Below are positions 8,901-17,600 of a stretch of DNA of 64,000 bases, piece by piece. The stretch is from Desulfovibrionaceae bacterium CG1_02_65_16. Lineage in GTDB: Bacteria > Desulfobacterota > Desulfovibrionia > Desulfovibrionales > Desulfovibrionaceae. The notes below the pieces were generated by a model that saw nothing but the letters and a program-made list of their open reading frames with translations, ran no database searches and had not been told where the DNA came from. Position numbers and translations under genes: made by a program. The number at the start of each line of letters is the position of its first letter. Positions within the stretch are counted from its first letter, which is position 1. The stretch is from NCBI GenBank assembly GCA_001871085.1, contig MNUQ01000113.1:11608-75607 (forward strand). Direction: 5' to 3'.

Positions 8901-11900
8901 CATCGGCCACGGCGGTTATGCGCAGGGGGCCGCGCAGACGCAGTCGGCAAAGCTCCTGCAGCAGGCTTGGGAGCCTCCAGCGCGCGTCGTCGGGCGCTGG
9001 CAAATAGAGAATAGCGCGGATTCCAGCGCCGAGGATTTCCTCGGCAAGGGCTTTGCGTTCCGCCTCCGTCGCCGGGAGCTCGCGCTGCAGCCTGGCGCGC
9101 GTCGCCAGGGCCTCGCCAAGGGCTCCCCCGCCCGAGCCGAGCAGGAGAATGGCGTCGTCTGCGCCGGAAGCAACGGGCTGCGGTTCGGCGTCAACCCATT
9201 GCTCGGTGTAGAGCAACGGCCGCGGACCAGCGGCGGCCTCGCCCTCTGCCAGGTCCGGATGGAGTTGCGCCAGGGACAGGAACAGCATGTCATCCAGCTC
9301 GGCCAGCATATTCCCGTTGGCGTCGGCAATGGCGCAGCGCGCCAAGATCATGCCCTGCCGCCTCTCCGTGATGACCACATGGGCATGGACGCGCGCGGGC
9401 AGCGGCCGGTACAGGCGCATCTCTCCGCAGCGGGCGGGCACGTAGCCGCTCACCCCATGCAGAGCCAGGCTCGCCGCCACGTCCATCATGGCCGGATGCC
9501 AGCGGAAGGTGTTCAGGTCGTGCCGGAAGGCCTCCGGCAAGGCGATGCGCGCCAGCAGACGGTCGCCGTCCTCGGAGACCAGGAGCTCCTCCCGGCAGAG
9601 CCAGCGCTCGCTGACGCTGACCGGTCCCAACTCGCCCGACTCCAGCAGCGGACGCATGCCCTGACGCAGGGTCGCAATGTCCAGGGCGGCGGGCGGCGGC
9701 GGCGCATCGTTGCGCAGGGTTGCGCTGGCGGCAAGGCTCCACGCCGCTCCCTGGAAATGATGCAACGCAATGGCGCGCGCGCCATCCCCCTCCGTCACGA
9801 GCAACGTGGCCCGGCTGCCCGGAAGCTGCGTCACGGGCCGGCGCCAGCGCACGTCCGCGATGCGCAGCGGCAATGGGCCGCCAACGCAGCCGATGAGATC
9901 CGGCAGGGCCATGCCCACCAGGGTGGGCACGCCGTTCAGGCGGTGTTCCGCCACGGGCCAGAACTCGGGCCGGTTGAGGCCGATCTCGTAGGCGTCGCCC
10001 GCGGGCGTCGGCGTGGGGCCGAAGAGAAAACGCTCGGCGAAGCGCGGCCACAGCGGAGCGCGGGAGAACGGCGTGGCGGGCAGGTGCGCCCGGCGCAAGG
10101 GGCGGTCGGCGGGCCAAAACAAGGGCTCGCCGCGCAGGAAGGACCGGGCTGCGGCCTCCGCCTGTTCCCGCGTGGCGCAAACGGCGAAGGCTGCCGGAGC
10201 GTCCGCCATGCTGCGCTGCCGTTCGGCGCAGGCGAGCGGAGCGTCGTCTGCGTCAAGGGCATCCAGCAGTTCCTGCCGGGACTGCGCCACAATGGCGGCG
10301 CGCATAGCCAAGTGCTCGCGTCCAGTGGTGAGCGTTGCGGCGATGGCGCGCAGGGGCAGGCCTTCGTCGCGGGCGACGGCTTCGCGCAGACTGTGGCGAT
10401 ATGCCCGCAAGCCCTGCTCGTCCTGGGCGGAAAGGGGCACGCAGAACCATGCGCCGCCATCGGCCTCCAAGGCCGCGGCCTCCGGGGCTGCCGCGTATTC
10501 CTCCATAACCACGTGCGCATTCACGCCGCTCAGACCGAAGGCGCTTACGCCGCAGCGCCAGGGCCGCTGCGCCTGCGGCAGCGGGGTAAGGGTCTGGGAC
10601 ACCCGCACCGGGGCGGCGTCGAAATTGATGTGCGGATTGGGCCGCGTGAAGTGGGGCTGCGGCGGCACAAGACCTTTCTCCAGGCACAGCACGGCCTTGG
10701 CCAGTCCAACGGCCCCGGCCGCCGCGTCCAGGTGCCCCAGGTTGCCTTTCACGGAGCCGATGGGAGCCTTCTGGAGCGGTTTTATGCCCGCCTGGGCATA
10801 GGCCCGGCTCAACCCCTCGATCTCCACCGGGTCGCCGAGGATGGTGGCTGTGCCGTGGGCCTCGAAAAAGCTGATGTCCGCCAAGGAGATCTTGGCGTTC
10901 GCCGCCGCCTGGGCGATGACCGCGGCCTGGGCGTCGGGATTCGGCGCAGCGATGCTGGAGGCCCTGCCGTCCTGGTTCACGGCGCTGCCCGCGATGACCG
11001 CGTGGATGGCGTCCTTGTCGCGCTGGGCGTCTGCAAGCAGCTTGAGCACGAACACGGCCGCTCCCTCGCCCGCGCCCACGCCATCGGCCCCGGCGTCAAA
11101 GGTCTTCGTCTGGCCCGAGGTCGCCTCGATGGTGAAGGCCTTGTCGGCCTTGACCGGCAGGTCGATGGTATGCGCCCCGCCCACCAGCGCCACGGAGCAT
11201 TCGCCCTGACGCAGGCTGGCGCAGGCGTCGTGCACGGCCTTGAGCACCGAGGAGCAGGCGGTGTCGACCATGGCCGCCGGGCCGCTCCAGTTTTTGAGGT
11301 GGCTCAGGCGCGCCATCATGTTGGAGGGCACGTTGAGCAGATAGATCTGCTCCGACTGGTCTGGGAAGGCCCTGGTCACCGCATCCTGGAACAACCGATA
11401 CGGGCTTGCGCCCACAAAAATGCCCACCGCGACGTTTTCAAGCGCCGCGCCGCCATATCCCGCGTCATCCAGGGCCCGCAGGGCCGTTTCCAAGAACACG
11501 CGCTGCTTGGGATCAAGCAGGCTCGCATCGCCCGGCGACATGCCGAACCGCTTGCAGTCAAAGGACGAGATGTCGGAAAGATACGCGGCTTCGCGCAGCT
11601 TCGAGGCGTCGAAGGGGTAGCCCACGGCCTCGAAGATCTGGCGCACCTCGCGCTGGCGCTTTTCCGGCAGGGGCACATTCTTGTCCGCGCCAGCGGCCAA
11701 ATCCTGCCAGAAGCGTTCCGTATCCTCGTAATCCCCAATACGAACGGCCATGCCGATGATCGCTATCGAGGCGTTGGCGGCGGCGGTGCGCGGCCGCATT
11801 GCGCCGTGCGCCTGCTCCGTCTGCTCCGCCTGTTCAATAAACAGCGTCTGGGCCCGAATGCTGCTCTCCGAGAACAGGCTCGCCAGGGTGAACACGCCCG

Positions 11901-14574
11901 GCCAGCGTTTTTCGAGCAGGGCGTGCAGTTGCACAAGCAGCAGCGAGTTGCCCCCGGCCTCGAAAAAGCCCAGGTCCGCGTCGTGCATGTCCACCTCGGG
12001 CATCACCCGCTGCCAAAGAGCGCGCACCGCGTCTTGCAGCGCGCTTGCCTCCGCCCCGGCGGAGACGCCAGTGATGTCCACTTTGCCGGGCACAAGCGGT
12101 GTTCCTTTGAGACGCTTGCGGTCCGCCTTGCCGGACGGGCTCAGCGGAATCTCCTCCACGGTGTGGAACCGCGCCGGAATCATGTAATCCGGCAGGGTGA
12201 GAGCCAACTCGTCGCGAATGCCGCGCAGAGTCAGCACCGCATTCCCGCGCGGCAGAAGAAAAGCCTCCAGTGCGCCGTGCCCCCCAATGCGGCAGGCCCG
12301 CACCACCGCCTGGGCCACGCCCGCGCAGCGCTCGAACGCGGCCTCCACCTCGCCCAGTTCGATGCGGTGGCCCCGCACCTTGACCTGGTCGTCGTTCCTG
12401 CCGAGGTATTCAATGCCTCCATCGGGCAGCCAGCGGCCAAGGTCCCCGGTGCGGTACATGCGTCCGCCTGGGGCGGCTGGATCGGGCAGAAAGCTTCTGG
12501 CCGTCAGCTCCGGCCGGTTCATGTAGCCCCGCGCCACCTGTACGCCGCTGATCCACAACTCGCCGGCCACGCCGATGGGCACGGGGCGCTGGCGGACATC
12601 CAGCACGTGGAGCCCGGTGTTGCTGACGGGGTGGCCGATGGGCACGGCGTGGGGCGGCGTTTCCAGGCAGGGCTGCCAGGAGACGTCCACCGTGGCCTCG
12701 GTGGGACCATACAGGTTGTGCAGCTCCGCGCGCAGCAGGGCATTGAAGCGGGCAACAAGCTCCCGGGGCAAAACCTCGCCGCTGACGAACACGTACCGCA
12801 GGGAGGAGAGCCGGTCGACATCCTCCGGCCTGGACTCCAGGTGGTCCAGAAACACCCGCAGCATGGAGGGCACGAAGTGCAGCACCGTGACCCCGCCGGC
12901 CTGGACCGCGCGGGCGATGCGGGCCGGGTCGCCTTCCGCGCCCGGTTCCAGCAGGGCAAGGGCCGCCCCGTTCCACGACCACCAGAACAGCTCCCAGATG
13001 GACACGTCGAAGGTCACTGTGGTTTTTTGCAGCACCACATCGCCCGGGCCGATGGGGAAGCGCGACTGCATCCACAGGAGCCGGTTGCACAGGCTGCGGT
13101 GCTCTATCTGCACGCCCTTGGGCCGTCCTGTGGAGCCGGAGGTGAAGATGACATACGCCACGTCATCCGGTGTGATGGAGCCCCGGCCCCCGGCGTGCGC
13201 TTTCACATCGCCACATGGCAGGGCGCGCGGGTCGGGCGCGAGTACGCGCCGCCCGCAGGCCGCGAACAGCCCCGCGCGCTGCGGGGCGCAAATGACCGTG
13301 CATTCTCCGAGATCCTCCAAGATGGAGCGCACCCGTTCCTCGGGCAGGGTGGCGGACAGGGGCACGTAGACCGCGCCCAGGCGCATAACGGCGAAGACGC
13401 TTGCCATCATGTCCAGCGTGCGCTCGAAGCACACCGCGGCGTAGTCGCCCCGGGCAAGGCCCTGCCCGGCCAGATGCTCGGCCAGGGCGGACACCAGGGC
13501 GTCGAACTCCACGTATGTGCAGGACCGGCCGAAAGAATCGAGGATGGCGACGTTGCCGGGCGTTTGACGCACCTGCTCCGCAAACCAGCTGTCCGCATGG
13601 CGCTCAATGTCCAGCGGTTCGCTTGTGTCGTTGAATCCGCGCAGCCGCGCCTGTTCGCTTTGCGGCAGGATGTCCAGCTCGCAAACCGGGCGCGCGTCCT
13701 GCTTGAGCACAGCGTCAATGAGCGTGGACAGGCGTTCGCACATGGCCCGGATGGTGGCTTCGGCAAACAGCTCCGCGCTGTATTCCAGGTGCACCTCGTA
13801 GGCGCCGGGCTCCACTTCGCGGAAATAGAAGCTCAAATCGAACTTGCTGCGATCGTGCGGCAGGCCCAGGGCCTCCATGCGCAGAGGCTCCTGACCGAAT
13901 CTGGTCCAGGCTGCGTCCTCCAGGGCCACCAGCACATCAAAGAGCGGGTTGCGGGAGGGCTCGCGCTCCACGCCCAGGGCATCAATGAGCTTTTCAAAGG
14001 GGCAGGCCTGGGCCGACAGGGCTCGCCGCAGAGAGGCGTCCACCGTGCGCACAAGCTTCATGAAGTCCCTGTCCGGGTCAACCGTAGCGCGGATTGCCAG
14101 GGTGTTGACGAACAAGCCCACCATGTCCCGGGTCTGCGGAAGCTCGCGATTGGCCGTCGGGCTGCCCAGAATCATGTCCTTCTGTCCGGTGTGCCTGTGC
14201 AGGAACACGCCCACCACCGCCAGCAGCACAGGGAACAGCGTCACGCCCGCCTTGCGCGCGCAGTCCTTCAGGCCTTGGCCCTGCTCGGGTCTCAGCCGAA
14301 ACACATGCACGCCGCCGGCGTAGCTGCGCATGGCGGGCCGCGGGAAGTCCAGGGGCAGGCGCAGCGGCTCCGGCAAGGGCAGCAAAGAATCGCGAAGGGC
14401 GGCAAGTCCCTCGGGCTCCTGCTCCCGCTCCCAGGCGGCATAGCTCAGGTAGTCCATGTCAATGGGCGCCCAGGCCGGGGAGGCGCCGCGCAGCGCTGCG
14501 GCATACGCTTGGTTCAGCTCCCGGACGATGATTTCCGACGACCAGCCGTCGAACACGATATGGTGGATGCTCAT
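5908..14574 (-). CDS. Hybrid NRPS-PKS: (C-terminal part of C)-A(Ser)-T-KS-DH-KR-ACP-C; no AT domain; in frame with the upstream NRPS across one TAG
   Basis: Begins MSIHHIVFDGWS. A code read by eye as DVWHFSLVDK (Ser). T 'GGNSL'; KS 'DTACSS...EAHGTAT...GHLDAAAG'; DH 'EHRLNGVP...HPAMMD'; KR 'ITGGLGGMG...DYTAAN'; ACP 'GGDSI'; C 'HHSLADG'. Confidence 0.9.
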   Translation of the reverse strand: MSIHHIVFDGWSSEIIVRELNQAYAAALRGASPAWAPIDMDYLSYAAWEREQEPEGLAALRDSLLPLPEPLRLPLDFPRPAMRSYAGGVHVFRLRPEQGQGLKDCARKAGVTLFPVLLAVVGVFLHRHTGQKDMILGSPTANRELPQTRDMVGLFVNTLAIRATVDPDRDFMKLVRTVDASLRRALSAQACPFEKLIDALGVEREPSRNPLFDVLVALEDAAWTRFGQEPLRMEALGLPHDRSKFDLSFYFREVEPGAYEVHLEYSAELFAEATIRAMCERLSTLIDAVLKQDARPVCELDILPQSEQARLRGFNDTSEPLDIERHADSWFAEQVRQTPGNVAILDSFGRSCTYVEFDALVSALAEHLAGQGLARGDYAAVCFERTLDMMASVFAVMRLGAVYVPLSATLPEERVRSILEDLGECTVICAPQRAGLFAACGRRVLAPDPRALPCGDVKAHAGGRGSITPDDVAYVIFTSGSTGRPKGVQIEHRSLCNRLLWMQSRFPIGPGDVVLQKTTVTFDVSIWELFWWSWNGAALALLEPGAEGDPARIARAVQAGGVTVLHFVPSMLRVFLDHLESRPEDVDRLSSLRYVFVSGEVLPRELVARFNALLRAELHNLYGPTEATVDVSWQPCLETPPHAVPIGHPVSNTGLHVLDVRQRPVPIGVAGELWISGVQVARGYMNRPELTARSFLPDPAAPGGRMYRTGDLGRWLPDGGIEYLGRNDDQVKVRGHRIELGEVEAAFERCAGVAQAVVRACRIGGHGALEAFLLPRGNAVLTLRGIRDELALTLPDYMIPARFHTVEEIPLSPSGKADRKRLKGTPLVPGKVDITGVSAGAEASALQDAVRALWQRVMPEVDMHDADLGFFEAGGNSLLLVQLHALLEKRWPGVFTLASLFSESSIRAQTLFIEQAEQTEQAHGAMRPRTAAANASIAIIGMAVRIGDYEDTERFWQDLAAGADKNVPLPEKRQREVRQIFEAVGYPFDASKLREAAYLSDISSFDCKRFGMSPGDASLLDPKQRVFLETALRALDDAGYGGAALENVAVGIFVGASPYRLFQDAVTRAFPDQSEQIYLLNVPSNMMARLSHLKNWSGPAAMVDTACSSVLKAVHDACASLRQGECSVALVGGAHTIDLPVKADKAFTIEATSGQTKTFDAGADGVGAGEGAAVFVLKLLADAQRDKDAIHAVIAGSAVNQDGRASSIAAPNPDAQAAVIAQAAANAKISLADISFFEAHGTATILGDPVEIEGLSRAYAQAGIKPLQKAPIGSVKGNLGHLDAAAGAVGLAKAVLCLEKGLVPPQPHFTRPNPHINFDAAPVRVSQTLTPLPQAQRPWRCGVSAFGLSGVNAHVVMEEYAAAPEAAALEADGGAWFCVPLSAQDEQGLRAYRHSLREAVARDEGLPLRAIAATLTTGREHLAMRAAIVAQSRQELLDALDADDAPLACAERQRSMADAPAAFAVCATREQAEAAARSFLRGEPLFWPADRPLRRAHLPATPFSRAPLWPRFAERFLFGPTPTPAGDAYEIGLNRPEFWPVAEHRLNGVPTLVGMALPDLIGCVGGPLPLRIADVRWRRPVTQLPGSRATLLVTEGDGARAIALHHFQGAAWSLAASATLRNDAPPPPAALDIATLRQGMRPLLESGELGPVSVSERWLCREELLVSEDGDRLLARIALPEAFRHDLNTFRWHPAMMDVAASLALHGVSGYVPARCGEMRLYRPLPARVHAHVVITERRQGMILARCAIADANGNMLAELDDMLFLSLAQLHPDLAEGEAAAGPRPLLYTEQWVDAEPQPVASGADDAILLLGSGGGALGEALATRARLQRELPATEAERKALAEEILGAGIRAILYLPAPDDARWRLPSLLQELCRLRLRGPLRITAVADGGLLNVGSAPEQALLLGPLLCLPQEEPLLSSAYVEMASPTAEALRALLEGLTRFEGPCIIDRQGVVRIRRFAALAEPQATFPTLSPEACVVITGGLGGMGLTLARQLTATGARVVLLHRRGQTPPDLPFAAYRCDVTDTAQVDETFAAIRRDVGPVQGVIHAAGVAGEGYLLSKTREAYEAVLAPKVAGTWNLHRATLHDNLRFFVLASSRTSLAGAPGQCDYTAANAFLNAFARRRRMLGLPALALCWNTWSGVGMAARAGADLGGLALRPEQAFGVLAAALGCGAELTVVAMPGEEEAWRRQATLPEPETPRRDASSPSLEAELLEIFRDSLGYDTQLTPEDDFFELGGDSIAATRIVSRIDKALGLKASVVDLLEADTLGDFLVRVLAESAKATPARQDLEPAPVRDTYPVGREQLSILYADLLGEASLGYNLPAFLKLPNDLDKARLEQAVAELIRRHEVLRTTFCDFEAEHPNMIIHPFAGFTLEEVRLPDLAHKDALITPFDIRREAGFRVKLLVTDAGEKVLFYDIHHSLADGRTISLLNFELYRLYHGQPLEPVSAQQKDFAWRQFTRSDAEDRDYWLSLFQGALPRLNLPADHARPAVFTHRGGMYEFELPEPLVAGVKSLARREGATNYHIVLAAWGLLAHAYTGGDDLVIAITVDSRGDHLNTAGMLASLLPLRLAVDGAKPLAALLKEVQRTSNEALRHSGYILNNLLAGLRPPACLDRSPLSEVILSYMNFEFVSGETRPPQLFEPLRFGKQVSKTDLSIFASDTGSRISFALEYYADLFSHANIMRMAQDFTRILELMVEGSPAEPVRFACPPPAHREPATATQELGGDLSQDIERLAEAKGVSAVSVLVATFAILLSRVASRRELVVDVAGRGPVRFAIDDETEFDELLRQTDASLAQSIQTGAEQASAREGAGLRLAFAWGAKGAAPGLDAGHDLACRVREQAGGLCVQFAYDTQALATETALAWLGYYVQFLTAAAKENA

Positions 14575-14598
14575 GAACAGGATGAAGTCGGCATCGCC

Positions 14599-14601
14599 CT
14601 A
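14599..14601 (-). other. In-frame amber (TAG) codon inside a condensation domain
   Basis: Minus strand reads CTG TAT CGC TAG GGC GAT GCC GAC TTC ATC CTG TTC ATG AGC ATC CAC CAT = LYR*GDADFILFMSIHH, a continuous C-domain sequence across the stop. Confidence 0.9.
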
Positions 14602-17600
14602 GCGATACAGCGCAAACCGCGCCAGCGGGCGGTCAAGGCCAAAGGGCATGGGCGAGGGGCCGTGCTCGAGTTCCGGGCAAGGGCCTTCGTAAAACTCCAG
14701 CCGCAAATCGCCGGGCGGGACGAGCCGTTGCTCCGGCGATTGGGAGGAGACACGCAACCGCAAGGCCTCGTGCCGGGTTTCGAGCAAAAGCAGCGCCTTT
14801 TGCAGCGCGTCTTTGTCCACGGGCACGCGCAATCTGGCGGCAAAGGGGATTTGGTAGACGCGGGTGTCCTCGTGCAGCCGTTGCAGGAACCAGATGCGCT
14901 GCTGGCTTGCGGACAGCGGGTGGCTGCCTTTCGGCGACACGTGCGGAATGCTGACCGCGCCAACGGCGACGGAACGAATACGCGCCGCAAGCCGGCGAGG
15001 GGTGGGATTGGAGAGGATATCGTCGATGCTGAGCTTCACGTTCAGCCGCTTGCCCACTTGCTCCATGACGCTCATGATGGAAAGGCTGTGCCCGCCCAGC
15101 AGATGGAAGTCCGCATCGGGCGAAGGATTGGGATGCCCGAGCACGGCGGCGTAAATCTCGCGCACCACATCCACTATGGTGGCGGCGTCGTCCGTCGGCA
15201 GAGGTCCCGCGCCCGCCGGAGGTTGCGCCTGCGAGTCTGCCGATTGAGGCACTGGGAGTTGGTGGGAGGCCTCTGTGTGCGGCACCGCCGCCACCGCAGC
15301 CTCAAGCCCCCGGCAGGAGATGTCGCTGTGCGCCGCCACGGCGCACAGGGCCGCGCGCAGCCGATCCATGAAGACAGCCACGCGGGGCTGTGGCAGCAGG
15401 GTTGGATCGTACAAAAAGCGCAGCATGAGCTCTTCGCCGGGAATGACGCTGATGCCGAGGGGATACGGAATCTTCTCGTAGCCCCGCACTTCCAGAAGGC
15501 GTGGCCCTTTCTCGCCGAAAGGTGAAGTAAAAGGATAGTTCTCAAAAACCAGCAAATGGTCCAGCAGTTTGCCGCCAATCTCCGCCATGGGCAGGAAGCC
15601 GTGCCGCATTTGCTGCAAGCCCTGCTCCTTGAGATCGTTCAGCAGATCGCCAAGCGGGCTTTCCGCGGTCCAGCGCGCGCGCACAGGCAGGGTTTCGATG
15701 AACAGGCCCACGGCCCGGTCCACGCCGCTCAACTCCGCTGGCCGCCCGGAAGTGACCATGCCGAACACCACGTCGCGGCAGTCGCCGTTTTCCGCGCTCA
15801 ACACAAGGGCCCAGAGCGCCTGGATCAGGGCTGGCAGCGTGACGGCCTGGGCCGCCGCAACGGTCACGAGCTTCTGGCTGAGCTCGGCGTCCAGCGTCAG
15901 CGTCCGGGTCTGCGGGTCGCCCTCGCCGGATTTGGCCACGCTGGCCGAACCCAACACGCCAGTAAGGGAGGTGAAGCCTTCCAGCAGGGCCGCCCAATAG
16001 GCCTTGGCGGCGGTCTTATCAAAAACGGCGCGCCAGCGCTCATACTCCGCAAGCCGGAAGGGCGCGGGCAGCGACCGCGAAGCGCGTCCGGCAAGGCGCG
16101 CGTATGTGGCGAAAAGCTCCTCCAGCAAAATCCCGATGCACCAGCCGTCCATGAGCAGGTGGTGGAAGCACCAGCAAAGGACCAAGGTGTCCTTGTCCAG
16201 GCGGATGAACTGTGAGCGCAGCAAGGGCCCGCAGCCCAGGTCGAAGCCTTTGCTCCGCTGGGCGAGCAGGAGCGCGTCGGCCTCGGCTCGCGCGGCCTCC
16301 GGCGGCAGGTGCGAAAGGTCATGGTACTCGGCGCTTGTTCTGGCCTGGCGCAGCACCACGCGGAAAAACTCTCCGTGGTGCGGCATGGGGAACAGCGTGC
16401 GCAGGCTCTCGTGTCGTTCAACCACCGCGGCCCAGGCCCGCATGAGCAGGAACTCGTCGACGCTTCCGCCCAAATGGAATGCTATCTGTTGCGTGTAAGC
16501 GCCATTATCCCCAGCGAGATGCTGGTAAAGCATCGACTCGTGGCTGGCCCAAGGCTTGGCGATCAGCTCAATGTCTTCGGGCTGGCACGCGCAGGCCGCA
16601 TGGATGGCCGACAGGGTGTGCTGCGGCAACGGGGGCTGGTACGCGGGCAGCGTGCGCAATGCCTCGGCCCAGGCCTCCAGCAGGCCGATGACCCAGGCCT
16701 CCGAGAGAGCCAGGGGGGGGTAGTAGGCCAACAGGTGCAGCTCGCCCGCGGCGTCAAACCAAGCCGTCAAATCCAGCGCGCAGTCCGGGACGAAGTCTGG
16801 ATGGAGCAATTCCGCGATGTCGCCCGGCGCGGCCAAGGAGAGCAAGGGGACGACATCGCCCTCGGTCTTTTCCTCTGTCCGCGCGCCGAAGTAGTTCAAC
16901 CCCACCTGAGGCCGCGCGTCGAAGCGGTCCGGTTCGCGTTCGCGAAGGTAGCCGAATGCGTTGCAGGAGAGGGGGGTGAACGCATCGCGCACAACGGGGC
17001 GTATAACCTCCGCCGCTTTGGCGCAGGTCTCCGCAGGAGTCAGAGGAATGGGGCACACGGCCGTGAACCAGCCCAAGCTGCGGCTCAGATCCTGGCCCGG
17101 CAGCAACTCGTCGCGGCCATGGCTCTTGAGGGTCACGAGCACGCTCTCGCGCTGGCCTGCCTGTTTCAGGGCCACCGCCAGGGCGGAGAGCAGATCGGCG
17201 AACACCGAGGGAGACTGCTCTGGACGGAACCCCGAAAGCAGCACGCGCGAGGTGATGAGCCCAGGCGCGGCAACATGCTCGCGCAGGGCCGAAAGCGTTC
17301 CGACCGGTGTACGAAGCAGGGATTCCCAGAATGCTGTCTGCTCCGCTGTGGGGAAGACTCCAGAATCAGCAAGGCGTTGCGCCTCCAGGGCGCGTGTGGC
17401 CATGCCGCAGCCCTCGCCGCTTGGCTCGCCACGCAGGAACCGCCCCAGGTCTCCCTGCAAGATGTCCAGGGAGAGCACATCGAGCGTGAGGTGGTGCCCC
17501 ACCAGGACGAGAATGCGCTGACTCCCGCACGTGGCCAGCCCGGCCACCAGGGTCCGGCCCGTTTCCGGCTCCACCTCCGAGACAAGATCGCGGGCCATGG

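Noticed and set aside
14599-14601. Genome-wide TAG reassignment
   Set aside because: Several genes in the window end at TAG exactly where their families normally end (for example the autotransporter's terminal Phe).
8242-15525. 2427-aa plus-strand ORF (also 2567..5950, 16309..18798, 19651..21903)
   Set aside because: Codon-register antisense shadows of the GC-rich NRPS/PKS genes, with no recognisable motifs. The first one runs in register through the TAG site, which only confirms that the two NRPS halves share a frame.
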